Shown here: piece by piece, positions 19,977-29,991 of the stretch
Position numbering within the stretch: the stretch's first letter is position 1
How the letters are laid out: every line of letters begins with the position of its first letter
DNA from: Bacteroidetes bacterium QS_3_64_15
Lineage (GTDB): Bacteria; Bacteroidota; Rhodothermia; Rhodothermales; Salinibacteraceae
Direction: 5' to 3'
Assembly (NCBI GenBank): GCA_003022565.1
Contig: PXTN01000131.1
Span: 1,108-65,107 of the forward strand
Length of the DNA stretch: 64,000 nucleotides
Translations under genes and position numbers: made by a program
Notes under the pieces: generated by a model
Seen by the model: the letters and a program-made list of their open reading frames with translations, nothing else
Told to the model about the DNA's origin: nothing
Databases searched by the model: none

Positions 19977-20999
19977 CTATGCCCCCCCGTTGCTTCCGTC
20001 ATAGGCCCATGTAAGATGCCCCGCGCCCCAGGTCAAGCCGCCGCCGAAGGCCGTGACGATGAGCTCGTCGCCCCGCTCCAGGTCCTCCTCCCAATCGACG
20101 AGACAGAGGGGAATCGTTGCGGCCGTGGTGTTGCCGTAGCGGTCGATGTTGAGCATCACCTGATCGGACGAGAGGCCCATGCGCTTGGCCGTCGCGTCGA
20201 TGATGCGCTCGTTGGCCTGGTGGGGCACGAGATAGTCCACGTCGTCCGCGTCGAGGCCGTTGCGCTCCAGCACCTCCTCGCACACGTCCGCCATGTGGGT
20301 GACGGCAAGCTTGAAGACCTGGCGGCCCTCCTGCTTGAGGTAGTGCATGTGCGCGTCGACGGTTTCGTGGGTCGGCGGATTGAGGCTCCCTCCGGCTCGC
20401 ATGCGCAGCAGATCCCTGTGTTCGCCGTCCACGTGATGCACGGCTTCCTGAAGCCCCGCCTCCTCGTCGGCCTCCAGCACCACGGCCCCTGCCGCGTCAC
20501 CGAACAGAATGCAGGTGGTACGGTCCGTGTAGTCGACGATGGAGCTCATCTTGTCGGCCCCAATGACGAGAGCTGTTTCCGCCTGGCCGGTCTCGATGAA
20601 CTGGGCCCCCGTGGTGAGGGCGTAGATAAAGCCGCTACAGGCCGCGGAGAGGTCAAACCCCCATGCATTCCGCGCCCCCAAGTTATTCTGCACGAGGCAC
20701 GCCGTGGCCGGGAAGAGCATGTCGGGCGTCACCGTGGCTACGACGATGAGGTCCACCTCCTCCGGGCCGATGCCACACTTGTCGAGGGCCTCCTGAGCCG
20801 CCTCCGTCGCCATGAAAGCCGTCGCCTTGCCGTCGTCCCCCAGAATGCGGCGCTCACGGATGCCGGTCCGCGTCCGGATCCACTCGTCATTGGTCTCAAC
20901 CATTTCCTCCAGATCCCCGTTCGTCAGCCGCGTCTCGGGGAGGTAGTGCCCAACAGCAGTGATGGCGGCTTGGTGAGAAGAAGGCGAGGCGGTGGACAT
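19977..20999 (-). CDS. fabH: Beta-ketoacyl-ACP synthase III
   Basis: RTGIRERR, AACSGF, LFGDAAGA, PHQAN, YGNT, FGGGLTWG. Confidence 0.97.
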   Translation of the reverse strand: MSTASPSSHQAAITAVGHYLPETRLTNGDLEEMVETNDEWIRTRTGIRERRILGDDGKATAFMATEAAQEALDKCGIGPEEVDLIVVATVTPDMLFPATACLVQNNLGARNAWGFDLSAACSGFIYALTTGAQFIETGQAETALVIGADKMSSIVDYTDRTTCILFGDAAGAVVLEADEEAGLQEAVHHVDGEHRDLLRMRAGGSLNPPTHETVDAHMHYLKQEGRQVFKLAVTHMADVCEEVLERNGLDADDVDYLVPHQANERIIDATAKRMGLSSDQVMLNIDRYGNTTAATIPLCLVDWEEDLERGDELIVTAFGGGLTWGAGHLTWAYDGSNGGA

Positions 21000-21046
21000 A
21001 GGGTTTACCGATAACACGAGGAGTACGAAGACGCACGCTCAGCAGG

Positions 21047-22063
21047 CTAGGCAGCTCCGGTTTCGAAGACCTCCTCGAGGGCGCGGACGACATCTTCGGT
21101 GGCCAGGGTGGCAGCGGCGTGGATCATCTGCGCAATGACGCCTGGGGAAGAGCTTCCGTGCCCCACGAGCACATTTCCGTTGACGCCCAGGAGGGGCGCC
21201 CCCCCCTGCGACTCCGGATCGAACCCTTTCCGCACCTCGCCGAGCACGTCCGCAATGAGTTCCTTCTCGTCCGACGCAAGGCCCTGACGCTCCATCTCCT
21301 GCTCGGTCATTTCCGAGAGGACCGTCGTCATGCTCTCGCCAAACTTGAGAAGAGCATTGCCGACGAATCCGTCGCAGATGATAATGTCGGCGGCGTAAAA
21401 GAGGAGCTCCCCCCCTTCCACGTTGCCAGCAAAATTGAGGTCGTCAGCGTCCTGGAGCAGCTCATACGCCTGCTTTACTCGCTCGTTGCCCTTGCCCGGC
21501 TCTTCCCCAATGTTGAGCAGGCCGACCGACGGCCTCTCGTTCTTGAGAATCTGGCGCCCGTACACCGTGCCCATGCGGGCAAACTGAAGAAGGTGGGCCG
21601 GCTTGCAGTCGACATTGCTCCCGATGTCGAGAACAACGGAGGGGCCCTTCAAGGTGGGAAAAAATCCGGCGATCGACGGCCGTTCCACGCCGGGAATGCG
21701 CTGCAGGATGAACATGGAGGCCCCCATGATGGCCCCTGTGTTTCCGGCGCTCACGAAGGCGTCGGCGTGGCCGTCGTGATGGGCAGCGAGGCCACGGTGG
21801 ATTGAGGAATTTGTCTTCTGCTTGACGGCAGTCGACGGCGCCTCGCCCATGCCAATCACCTCGGGGGCGTCGACGATTCGGAGCGCCTCCATGGGAGCGT
21901 CCGGATGGGCGTCCAGCACATCGTGAAGCTGCTCCTCGGGGCCCACGAGGAGAATCGACACTTCGTCCTCGCTGTGGCGGAGGGCTCGAACGACCCCCTG
22001 GACGACCGCTGCCGGGGCCTCGTCGCCCCCCATTGCATCCACTGCGATACGCGATGCTGCCAT
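21047..22063 (-). CDS. plsX: Phosphate acyltransferase PlsX
   Basis: IAVDAMGGD, SAGNTGA, LLNIGEEPGKG, DGFVGN, GGAPLLGV, HGSS. Confidence 0.97.
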   Translation of the reverse strand: MAASRIAVDAMGGDEAPAAVVQGVVRALRHSEDEVSILLVGPEEQLHDVLDAHPDAPMEALRIVDAPEVIGMGEAPSTAVKQKTNSSIHRGLAAHHDGHADAFVSAGNTGAIMGASMFILQRIPGVERPSIAGFFPTLKGPSVVLDIGSNVDCKPAHLLQFARMGTVYGRQILKNERPSVGLLNIGEEPGKGNERVKQAYELLQDADDLNFAGNVEGGELLFYAADIIICDGFVGNALLKFGESMTTVLSEMTEQEMERQGLASDEKELIADVLGEVRKGFDPESQGGAPLLGVNGNVLVGHGSSSPGVIAQMIHAAATLATEDVVRALEEVFETGAA

Positions 22064-22237
22064 ACGAACCGTCGGTGTGTCTGCCAAAGCGCGTGTGCCG
22101 GGGAGAGACTGGAACGCGGCCGCTCCGAGCGGGCGCCGATGGGGTCGTCCCGAAAGACATGACGGCGATCCGGAGAAAACATAGGCGTACGCACGGACAA
22201 TCGCCGAGCCCACCTCCCCTTGCGGAACGAAGACCCG

Positions 22238-22292
22238 ACAAAAAAATGCTCCCAGTCCGGCCCGGCGATCCTGCCGGAAAGGACTCGGAGCG
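22238..22292 (-). terminator. Probable terminator/attenuator after rpmF
   Basis: gctcccagtcc...ggactcggagc stem with a T-run on the minus strand. Confidence 0.5.
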
Positions 22293-22339
22293 AAACCGCT
22301 TCGCCTACGATTTGCGGGACGCCACGAGGGACCACCGAC

Positions 22340-22537
22340 CTACGCTACCAACTCATCGGACGGCTCAATCACCTGGCGACCGCGGTAGTGGCCACAGTGC
22401 TTGCACGCCCGATGCATGACCTTCGGATTGCCACAGTTATTGCACTCCATAAGCTGAGGCGGTTCCAGCTCGTTGTAGTACGTTGAGCGGCGCTTCTGGG
22501 TGCGAGACTTCGAGTGTCGTCGTTTCGGAACAGCCAT
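22340..22537 (-). CDS. rpmF: 50S ribosomal protein L32 (zinc-binding form)
   Basis: MAVPKRRHSKSR, CNNC...CKHCGHY. Confidence 0.98.
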   Translation of the reverse strand: MAVPKRRHSKSRTQKRRSTYYNELEPPQLMECNNCGNPKVMHRACKHCGHYRGRQVIEPSDELVA

Positions 22538-22707
22538 AACTCAGTCTATCGGGAAAATGAGCGGTCGTATGGATCAATCGCACGTCTCGTAAGCAATCGA
22601 CAGGAGCAGCCTCCATAAGATGAGGGGCTCCTCCCCGGTGTTCAAAGCCCCAACTTCATTTCGCTCAGAATTTATAGCTCCGGGGACCGTCGCGGTACGC
22701 CGGACCG

Positions 22708-23208
22708 CTACTCTCCATCCTTGAGCTCTTTCAAGTCGCTCCATCGCGGGTCGACGGGTTCCTCCTCGTCGGCCTCCTCCTCGGTCGCCCCAAACTTTCG
22801 AGCAATGGGCTCGTCCTCGGCGCCGGGAGCAATCCGACGTTGCGGGATCGCGAGCAGGAGCGTGTCGCGCACCACGTCCGCAAGATCAATCTCCCGGTCC
22901 GACGGCTCAAGGGGGCGAACTTCATCGAACTCTTCCCCCTCCTGCCCCACCATCGAGGGCGGGCCGAAGAGCACGTTGTAAGTCCCTTCGAGGTCCTCGT
23001 GGTATGGCTGGAGGGTCCGATCGCACGTCAACTCGGCCGCGGCCGTCGCGTGCAGCTTCACGAGAACACGATCGCGGTGATACTGCAGGACGACGTCGAC
23101 GTGGAGATCTTCGAACGTGGAGGGGTCCAGTTCCGCCTGCTCGGCGGACGGAGACAGCTCCAGGTGATGAATCCCCGTCGAGAGCGAGGTGAGATCGATC
23201 GTCAGCAT
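22708..23208 (-). CDS. yceD: YceD/DUF177 protein
   Basis: CDRTL, IDL...LLLAIP, DPRW..LK; upstream of rpmF. Confidence 0.9.
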   Translation of the reverse strand: MLTIDLTSLSTGIHHLELSPSAEQAELDPSTFEDLHVDVVLQYHRDRVLVKLHATAAAELTCDRTLQPYHEDLEGTYNVLFGPPSMVGQEGEEFDEVRPLEPSDREIDLADVVRDTLLLAIPQRRIAPGAEDEPIARKFGATEEEADEEEPVDPRWSDLKELKDGE

Positions 23209-23532
23209 GACACGGGAATACTGCCGTTCAATCGGCTTGATGGAGGTTAGGTAGAATGAAACGGGGAATCCTGGGTTCCTCTATCTCTCGGCGCATCTGG
23301 ACAAATGGCTGGAGAATGAATCCAGGAAAGCGCCCTCATTGCCCTGTTCTGTGCCCTGTTCTGTGGGACCCGCTCGGCCCTTTCCCCTCCCCCAACCTCC
23401 GTCAAGATTGGGGGAATCCTTTTCGGCGCAAAAACCTGGCGTTCTCTCGCACGTGCTACAGTGACTGCAATGAGTTTCTAGACGCGAGGACGTGGAGAAA
23501 AGAACCGTCTCTACCCCTGCTCTTTCCCCGCA

Positions 23533-23639
23533 GCATGGGCGGTGCTCAGGTCCGCCCCGGGACTTTGGGGGTAGCACTGAACGCTCAGTCAGGCGTTCGA
23601 GTCCCCGTGCCAATTTGAAGGCCCGTGCCAATTTGAAGG
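23533..23639 (+). promoter_or_regulatory. Structured 5' leader of rplM with an 18-bp perfect tandem duplication
   Basis: Possible stems GCATGGG/CCCGTGC, GGTGCT/AGCACT, GAACGC/GCGTTC; cccgtgccaatttgaagg twice (23604-23639). Confidence 0.45.
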
Positions 23640-23707
23640 AGTGCGCCCCCTGCGCGTCCGTCCCACGAGCTTCCCTCCGGATCAGCGCCAAGCGACAGAC
23701 TTCACCC

Positions 23708-24154
23708 ATGGACACGCAAAGCTTCAAAACGTTTAACGCCAGGCCGGACAATGTGGAGCGCGACTGGTACGTCGTGGACGCCACGAATGAGATCGTGGGG
23801 CGTCTTGCCTCTCGGATCGCCCGCATTCTCCGCGGCAAGCACAAACCTACGTACACGCCGCACGTGGACACGGGCGATCACGTGATTGTCGTGAACGCGG
23901 AGAAGGCTCGCTTCACGGGCAAGAAGGAGCAGCAGAAGTCGTACCACGAGTACAGCGGCTACCCGGGCGGCGATAAGTCCCAAAGCCCAGAGAAGGTGCG
24001 AGAGGACAAGCCCGAGTACATCATTGAACAGGCCGTGCAGGGCATGCTCCCGAGCGGCTCTCTCGGGCGAGACATGTTCAAAAAGCTGCGCGTGTACGCC
24101 GGGTCGGATCATCCGCACGAGGCCCAGCAGCCTGAACCGCTCGACAATGCGTAG
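23708..24154 (+). CDS. rplM: 50S ribosomal protein L13
   Basis: [30 protein letters not shown]. Confidence 0.99.
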   Translation: MDTQSFKTFNARPDNVERDWYVVDATNEIVGRLASRIARILRGKHKPTYTPHVDTGDHVIVVNAEKARFTGKKEQQKSYHEYSGYPGGDKSQSPEKVREDKPEYIIEQAVQGMLPSGSLGRDMFKKLRVYAGSDHPHEAQQPEPLDNA

Positions 24155-24223
24155 CGCCTCTGGGTGGCCCTCCGCCCCGTCCTTGACCGTCAACGTCCTT
24201 TTTCCGAAACTTCGATCTCTACC

Positions 24224-24622
24224 ATGCCCAAGATGACTCAGTACCAGGCCATTGGGCGCCGCAAAACCTCCACGGCCCGGGTGTATCTGCGCCCGGGGGA
24301 CGGCTCCAGCTTCGTCATCAACGAGCGCGACGCCGAAGAGTATTTCCCGGTCGCGTGGCGCCGACGTACGCTCGATCAGCCGTTCGACGTGACCGACACG
24401 ATCGGTCAGTTCAACGTGAAGGTGAACGCCTCCGGCGGCGGCCTTACCGGCCAGGCCGAAGCGATTCGGCTCGGCATCGCCCGGGCGCTCGTCGAGTACG
24501 ACGAGGAGCTGCGCGGGCCGCTCCGCGACGCCGGCTACCTCACGCGCGACGACCGCATGGTCGAGCGCAAGAAGTACGGCCAGCCCGGCGCCCGCAAGAA
24601 GAGCCAGTACAGCAAGCGCTAG
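24224..24622 (+). CDS. rpsI: 30S ribosomal protein S9
   Basis: GRRKTSTARV, GGGLTGQA, ERKKYG...QYSKR. Confidence 0.99.
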   Translation: MPKMTQYQAIGRRKTSTARVYLRPGDGSSFVINERDAEEYFPVAWRRRTLDQPFDVTDTIGQFNVKVNASGGGLTGQAEAIRLGIARALVEYDEELRGPLRDAGYLTRDDRMVERKKYGQPGARKKSQYSKR

Positions 24623-24628
24623 GCGAAC

Positions 24629-24702
24629 TGGGAATGCGGAATTTGGGGTGCGGTATGGACAGACTCTCATTCCAAACTCCACACTCCCCATTCCACACCC
24701 AA
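24629..24702. repeat. Inverted heptamer hairpin, (TKYGGAR)n...(YTCCRMA)n family
   Basis: tgggaa tgcggaa tttgggg tgcggta ... ttccaaa ctccaca ctcccca ttccaca. Confidence 0.75.
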
Positions 24703-24899
24703 AAAATCATACGGCCCGATGCGACAGTGGGTTGACCGCGATTGAGCGGGGGAGCGTGGGCGCACGGGAGCGTGAGAGCAGAATCGCTTTTGCTCTCCAC
24801 TCCTATGCCCCCGCGCCTTCCACCCAACCTTCGGTTTCGCTGCGCAGGCGACGGTCGTAGTAGCACAAACCCAATCTCCCATTCACTTGAAGGTATACT

Positions 24900-26027
24900 A
24901 TGGCTGACGAGACATCTACGCAGAACCCCAGCGTTCGGGACGGAAATGCCGCCCAGGCGACGGAAGAGCCCCCTCCCGAAGACCCCCCCGACGATACATC
25001 TCCCTCCGAGACTGCAGACGAGGCTCCCGAATCGGCCGGTGCAGACGCCGCCGACGCCGGGGAGGCCTCCACAGACGCGGATGGAACTCCGGACGAATCG
25101 GCTCCCGAAGTGGAGGCCGAGACCGCTGACGCCAGAGACGAAGACGTCGAAGACGAAGATGCCGAAGACGAAACGGCGTCTCAGGAATCCGCGGAGGCAG
25201 ATCAAACATCCGGCGATGAGCCCCCAGCGGCTGAGTCTGATGCGGCCGAGGACGCAGCCGCCGAGGACCAGACGGAGGCGGGAACGGAGGAGGACGAAGA
25301 GACCTCCCACCGCGTCACCGTTGAGGAGCTTCTGAAGGCTGGCGCTCACTTCGGGCACCTCACGAGCCGGTGGAATCCGCGCATGGAGAAATACATCTTC
25401 ATGGAGCGGAACAACATCCACATCATCGACCTGATGCAGACGCAGGTTCTCCTCGACGAGGCCGCTGATGCCGCTCGGCGTTTTGCCAATCGGGGCAAGA
25501 AGATCCTGTTTGCGGGCACGAAGACGCAGGCACAGGACATCATCCGCGAGCATGCTGAAGAGTGCGGCATGCCGCACATGGTGGACCGCTGGCTCGGCGG
25601 CACCATGACCAACTTCCAAACGATCCGGAAGTCGATCCGCCGGATGGAGGAGATCGAGCGCATGGACCGGGACGGCACGCTCGACAAGCTGAAAAAGAAG
25701 GAGAAGCTGATGCGGCTGCGCGAGCACGAGAAGCTCGAAGACACGCTCGGCGGCATCCGCGACATGGCCAATCTCCCCGGCGCCATCTACATCGTGGACG
25801 TGCAGCGGGAAGACATTGCGGTAAGCGAGGCGAACAACCTCGGCATCCCGATTATCGCGATGGTAGACACCAACGGCAACCCGAAGAACATCGACCATCC
25901 GATCCCGGTGAACGACGATGCGCTCAGCTCGATTGAGCTCGTGACGTCCACCCTCACAGACGCGGTCAAGGAGGGCCTGCAGGAGCGCAAGATGGAGAAG
26001 GAGGCCAAGAAGAAGGCTGCCCAGTAG
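24900..26027 (+). CDS. rpsB: 30S ribosomal protein S2 with long acidic N-terminal extension
   Basis: [34 protein letters not shown]. Confidence 0.98.
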   Translation: MADETSTQNPSVRDGNAAQATEEPPPEDPPDDTSPSETADEAPESAGADAADAGEASTDADGTPDESAPEVEAETADARDEDVEDEDAEDETASQESAEADQTSGDEPPAAESDAAEDAAAEDQTEAGTEEDEETSHRVTVEELLKAGAHFGHLTSRWNPRMEKYIFMERNNIHIIDLMQTQVLLDEAADAARRFANRGKKILFAGTKTQAQDIIREHAEECGMPHMVDRWLGGTMTNFQTIRKSIRRMEEIERMDRDGTLDKLKKKEKLMRLREHEKLEDTLGGIRDMANLPGAIYIVDVQREDIAVSEANNLGIPIIAMVDTNGNPKNIDHPIPVNDDALSSIELVTSTLTDAVKEGLQERKMEKEAKKKAAQ

Positions 26028-26079
26028 TCCCTGCGTCGACCGCCCGCATTTGCTGAACGAGTTCTTCGACTTTCCGACG

Positions 26080-26910
26080 ATGAGTGTTTCCGCCAAACAG
26101 GTAAAGGAGCTGCGCGACGCGACCGGCGTCGGCATGATGGACTGCAAAGAGGCCCTGAAGGAGGCCGACGGCGACTTCGACGAAGCCGTCAGCATCCTTC
26201 GGAAGAAGGGGCAGGAGGTGGCCTCTGACCGGGCTGCCGCCGAGGCCGACGAAGGCCTTGTGGTCACGGCCGTCTCTGGCAACGGAAGTATCGGGGTGAT
26301 CGCGGAGATCAACTGCGAGACCGACTTCGTCGCCCGCAACGACGACTTTCAGTCGTTCGCGGAGACGGTGGCCGAGCGCGTGCTCGAAGAGACTCCCGAG
26401 GATCTCGATGAGCTCAAGTCGCTCTCCTACGACGGCGACGCGACGATCGAGGACGAGCTGGTGGCCCTCACGGGTCGCATCGGCGAGAAGCTTACGATCC
26501 GCCGGTTCGATGTGCTCGAAAGCGCCGACGGTCGGATCATCTCCTACGTCCACCCGGGATCGAAGCTCGGCGTGCTCGTGGAGGTCCACGGTGACGGGGA
26601 GGTCGAGGAGGCCGGACGCGACGTGGCCATGCAGGTGGCAGCCCTGGAGCCGATCGCTGTCACGCGCGGGGAGGTGCCCGAAGAGGTGAAGGACGAGGAA
26701 CGCGAGGTCGCCCGGGAGGCAGCCGTCAACGAAGGCAAGCCCGAGCACGTCATCGACAACATTGTGGAGGGCAAGCTCGAACGCTTTTTCGAGGACCACG
26801 TGCTGATGGAGCAGGCCTTCGTCAAGGACTCGTCGGTCTCCGTAAAGGAGATGCTCGACGAGGCCGGCCTCTCGGTAACGCGCTTCACCCGCTACGCCCT
26901 CGGCGACTAG
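26080..26910 (+). CDS. tsf: Elongation factor Ts
   Basis: [26 protein letters not shown]. Confidence 0.99.
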   Translation: MSVSAKQVKELRDATGVGMMDCKEALKEADGDFDEAVSILRKKGQEVASDRAAAEADEGLVVTAVSGNGSIGVIAEINCETDFVARNDDFQSFAETVAERVLEETPEDLDELKSLSYDGDATIEDELVALTGRIGEKLTIRRFDVLESADGRIISYVHPGSKLGVLVEVHGDGEVEEAGRDVAMQVAALEPIAVTRGEVPEEVKDEEREVAREAAVNEGKPEHVIDNIVEGKLERFFEDHVLMEQAFVKDSSVSVKEMLDEAGLSVTRFTRYALGD

Positions 26911-27057
26911 ACGCTTGGTGCGGGACCCGTCGATTGATCGGGCCGGGTGTGCCGTGGAATCGACGGCGACATCCGGCCTCGCGTACGCTGGGGTCTCCGG
27001 TCTTAATTTCCGCGTCCGGCCCGATTCTGCACATAATCTCACGCTATCCCGCAAGAT

Positions 27058-27143
27058 CGTGAGGAGTGATGCGTAAAACGTGAGGTGGGACGCGTGACCC
27101 GCAAAGATCTTTCTTCTCACGAATCACGCCTCACGAATCACGC
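27058..27143. repeat. Inverted heptamer hairpin, (CGTGANN)n...(TCACGNN)n
   Basis: cgtgagg agtgatg cgtaaaa cgtgagg ... tcacgaa tcacgcc tcacgaa tcacgcc. Confidence 0.85.
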
Positions 27144-27177
27144 CCCTCCTGGCCGCACAACAGACCGGTTCGCTTCC

Positions 27178-27960
27178 ATGAGCGTTACCTCCAACGACAC
27201 TTCGGACTCCTCGCTCAAGTTCCAGCGCGTGCTGCTGAAGCTCAGTGGTGAAGCGCTGCTCGGCGGGGGCCGCGACTTCGGCATCGACGAAACGGTGCTC
27301 CGCAACTACGCCAACGAGGTGAAGGACGCCGTGGAGGCGGGGGCCGAGGTGGCCGTCGTCATTGGGGGCGGTAACATTTTCCGAGGCGTGGAGAATGCCA
27401 TGCAGGGCATGACACGCGCCCATGCCGACTACATGGGCATGCTGGCCACAATGATTAACGCCATGGCCCTGCAAGACGCCCTTGAGCAGGCCAATCTCGT
27501 AACGCGACTGCAGTCGAGCATCAAGATGGAGGAGATCGCGGAGCCGTTCATCCGCCGACGGGCCATTCGACACCTCGAAAAGGGGCGCGTCGTGATCTTC
27601 GGCGCCGGCACCGGCAACCCGTACTTTACGACCGACACGGCCGCGGCGCTTCGGGGCCTCGAAATCGACGCCGACGTCATCCTGAAGGGCACCCGGGTCG
27701 ACGGCGTCTTTACGGCGGATCCTGAGGAGGATCCCTCTGCCGAGCGATTCGAACGCATTTACGGCGAAGAGGTCATCGAGCGCGACCTGCAAGTGATGGA
27801 CATGACGGCCCTTACCCTGTGCCAGGAGTCGAAGATGCCCATCGTCGTGTTCAACATGGCCACGTCGGGAAACCTGCGGCGTCTGCTCGAGGGGGAAACT
27901 GTGGGTACCCGCGTGCATTGGGATGGAGAAGAGGCGTCCGCCAAACGCGTTCCGGCCTGA
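27178..27960 (+). CDS. pyrH: UMP kinase
   Basis: [35 protein letters not shown]. Confidence 0.99.
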   Translation: MSVTSNDTSDSSLKFQRVLLKLSGEALLGGGRDFGIDETVLRNYANEVKDAVEAGAEVAVVIGGGNIFRGVENAMQGMTRAHADYMGMLATMINAMALQDALEQANLVTRLQSSIKMEEIAEPFIRRRAIRHLEKGRVVIFGAGTGNPYFTTDTAAALRGLEIDADVILKGTRVDGVFTADPEEDPSAERFERIYGEEVIERDLQVMDMTALTLCQESKMPIVVFNMATSGNLRRLLEGETVGTRVHWDGEEASAKRVPA

Positions 27961-28018
27961 CTCGCGGAGCCTCCCGAGGGCTTCGTTGCGCTCCCGTTCA
28001 TCAACCGCCCGCCCTGTT

Positions 28019-28588
28019 ATGCCCGACGATCCGATTCAAGACATTCTGGACGAGGCCGACGAGGAAATGGAGGAGTCGGTATCGTACCTGCAGTCGCAGC
28101 TCCGCACCCTCCGGGCCGGGCGCGCGTCGCCGGCCATGCTCGAAAACGTGACGGTCGACTACTACGGCTCCCAGACGCCGCTGGAGCAGGTGGCCAGCGT
28201 GAGCGCCCCGCAGCCGGACCTCCTCGTGGTACAGCCGTTCGATCGAAATGCGATGGAGGACATCGAGCGCGGCATCATGGAGGCTGACCTGGGCCTCAAC
28301 CCGAACAACGACGGCGAGAAAATCCGGATTCCGATTCCCCCCCTCTCCGAAGAGCGGCGTAAGGAGCTCGTGGAGACGAGTCGCGAACGGGCCGAGGAAG
28401 CCAAGATCTCCGTCCGAAACACCCGCCGCGACGCCAAGAACGAGATTGAGCGCGTCGTCGAGGAGGAAAACTTCTCGGAGGACGTATACTACGGAGCGGA
28501 GGAGGAACTCCAGGAGATCACCGACGAGCATACCGAGCAGGTCGAGGGGCTCCTGGAGCAGAAGAAGGATCAGATTATGGACGTATGA
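28019..28588 (+). CDS. frr: Ribosome recycling factor
   Basis: RAGRA, VDYYG, LGLNPNNDG, PPLSEERR, VRNTRRDA. Confidence 0.98.
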   Translation: MPDDPIQDILDEADEEMEESVSYLQSQLRTLRAGRASPAMLENVTVDYYGSQTPLEQVASVSAPQPDLLVVQPFDRNAMEDIERGIMEADLGLNPNNDGEKIRIPIPPLSEERRKELVETSRERAEEAKISVRNTRRDAKNEIERVVEEENFSEDVYYGAEEELQEITDEHTEQVEGLLEQKKDQIMDV

Positions 28589-28589
28589 C

Positions 28590-28673
28590 GAGTTTGGAGT
28601 TTGGAATGTGGAGTGTAGAATGATCCGCCCAAACCCCCCTATTCCGAATTCCAAATCCCGAACTCCACATTCC
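28590..28673. repeat. Inverted heptamer hairpin abutting tRNA-Ser
   Basis: tttggag tttggaa tgtggag tgtagaa ... ttccgaa ttccaaa tcccgaa ctccaca. Confidence 0.85.
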
Positions 28674-28764
28674 GGAGGGGTGACCGAGTGGTCGAAGGTG
28701 CTCGCCTGGAAAGCGAGTGTGCCGTTTCACGGTACCGGGGGTTCGAATCCCTCCCCCTCCGCCA
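28674..28764 (+). tRNA. tRNA-Ser (GGA)
   Basis: GGAGGGG/CCCCTCC acceptor stem, CTCGC-CTGGAAA-GCGAG anticodon arm, long variable arm, GGTTCGAATCC, encoded CCA. Confidence 0.97.
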
Positions 28765-28925
28765 TTTTGCGTTGCCGCATTCTGCCTTCTGGCCGAGTCA
28801 TCACCGGGCTCGGCTTTCTGATTCGGCCAATCTTGTTCCAGGGTAGGCGTTTTGGGTTTTGCGGTGTGCGTCGGCTGAACAAGGAACGCTCAACGCCTAA
28901 CATTCAACGCGTACGTTTTCGCCCT

Positions 28926-29810
28926 ATGATTCGCAGCATGACGGGCTTCGGGCGCGGCCACGCCGGCACCGAAGAGGCCACGGCGACTGTCGAAATTCAG
29001 TCGACGAATAAGCGTCACCTCAACATTTTCGTTCACCTCCCCGACCCGCTCCCCGAGGCGGAATCGGACGTGCGGATGCAAATGAAGGAGGCCTTCGAGC
29101 GGGGCCAGTTCGACGTGAACGTGTCCGCCGAGCTGAAGGGCATCGATCACTTGCCCGTCGACGTGGACGCCGACGCGGCCATGCATCACAAGCGGCGCCT
29201 GGAGCAGCTCTCTGCGGCCGCGCAAATCGAGGATCCGATCCGGCTCGGTCATTTGCTCGAGTTCGAGGATATCTTTGCGGGCGAGGAAGAGCGGGAAGCC
29301 GCCAAGATTCAGCGCGCCTGGCCGGCGGTCACCGAGGCCCTCGACGCCGCCATCGAGGACCTGCAGAAGATGCGGCGAAAAGAAGGCGCGGCCCTCCGGG
29401 AGGACCTGGAGCAGCGGACCCACGCCATCGACGCCCACCTCGACGCCATCGAAGAACGCGCCCCCACCCGCGTGGAGGAGCGGCAGGCCCAGCTCCGGGA
29501 GCGACTCCGAGAGCTCATGGACGACGAGCAGCTGGACCCCGACCGCCTCGAAACCGAAATCGCCCTTCTGGCCGACAAGCTCGACGTGACCGAGGAGTGC
29601 GTGCGCCTCCACTCGCACCTAAAGATGTTCCGGGGGGCCCTCGACGCCGACGAACCCTCCGGCCGGAAGCTCAAGTTCGTCACGCAGGAAATTCACCGCG
29701 AGGCCAATACCATTGGCGCCAAGGCCGACGACGAAATGATTTCCCGGCACGCGGTGGAGATGAAGGAGGAGATCGAGAAGATCAAAGAGCAAATCCGAAA
29801 CGTGGAATAG
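28926..29810 (+). CDS. yicC: YicC/YloC-family endoribonuclease
   Basis: MIRSMTGFG, DVTEECVRL, GRKLKF..QEIHREANTIGAK, IKEQIRNVE. Confidence 0.95.
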   Translation: MIRSMTGFGRGHAGTEEATATVEIQSTNKRHLNIFVHLPDPLPEAESDVRMQMKEAFERGQFDVNVSAELKGIDHLPVDVDADAAMHHKRRLEQLSAAAQIEDPIRLGHLLEFEDIFAGEEEREAAKIQRAWPAVTEALDAAIEDLQKMRRKEGAALREDLEQRTHAIDAHLDAIEERAPTRVEERQAQLRERLRELMDDEQLDPDRLETEIALLADKLDVTEECVRLHSHLKMFRGALDADEPSGRKLKFVTQEIHREANTIGAKADDEMISRHAVEMKEEIEKIKEQIRNVE

Positions 29811-29829
29811 TACCCGAGTTTAAGGTTGG

Positions 29830-29991
29830 AGAGTCTGTTTGGCGGACGCTCTGTGGCCTGCGACTTCGTGGATCTCGCGCAAAAAGCTTTCTGCACTTGC
29901 CCGGTAGTTCCACTACAGGGCTCGTTTGGGCACCTTTTTGCGGCTTCGACCACTGTGTCTCGGCTGCACATCAATCCACCAAACAGACTCT
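29830..29991. mobile_element. 162-bp MITE-like palindromic element overlapping the gmk 5' end
   Basis: 17-bp terminal inverted repeats AGAGTCTGTTTGGCGGA / TCCACCAAACAGACTCT (1 mismatch); internal dyads CGCAAAAAG/CTTTTTGCG and GTAG-TTCCA-CTAC. Confidence 0.8.

Noticed and set aside
23533-23612. tRNA or tRNA-Sec gene upstream of rplM
   Set aside because: No proper anticodon stem-loop or T-stem geometry; kept only as a structured leader candidate.
28248-28925. N-terminal extension of yicC spanning tRNA-Ser
   Set aside because: The conserved start MIRSMTGFG is at 28926; the upstream open frame overlaps frr and the tRNA by chance.
28765-28925. Integrated element at tRNA-Ser or the Cys/Arg/Pro tRNAs
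   Set aside because: No integrase and no duplicated tRNA 3' ends were found in the window.
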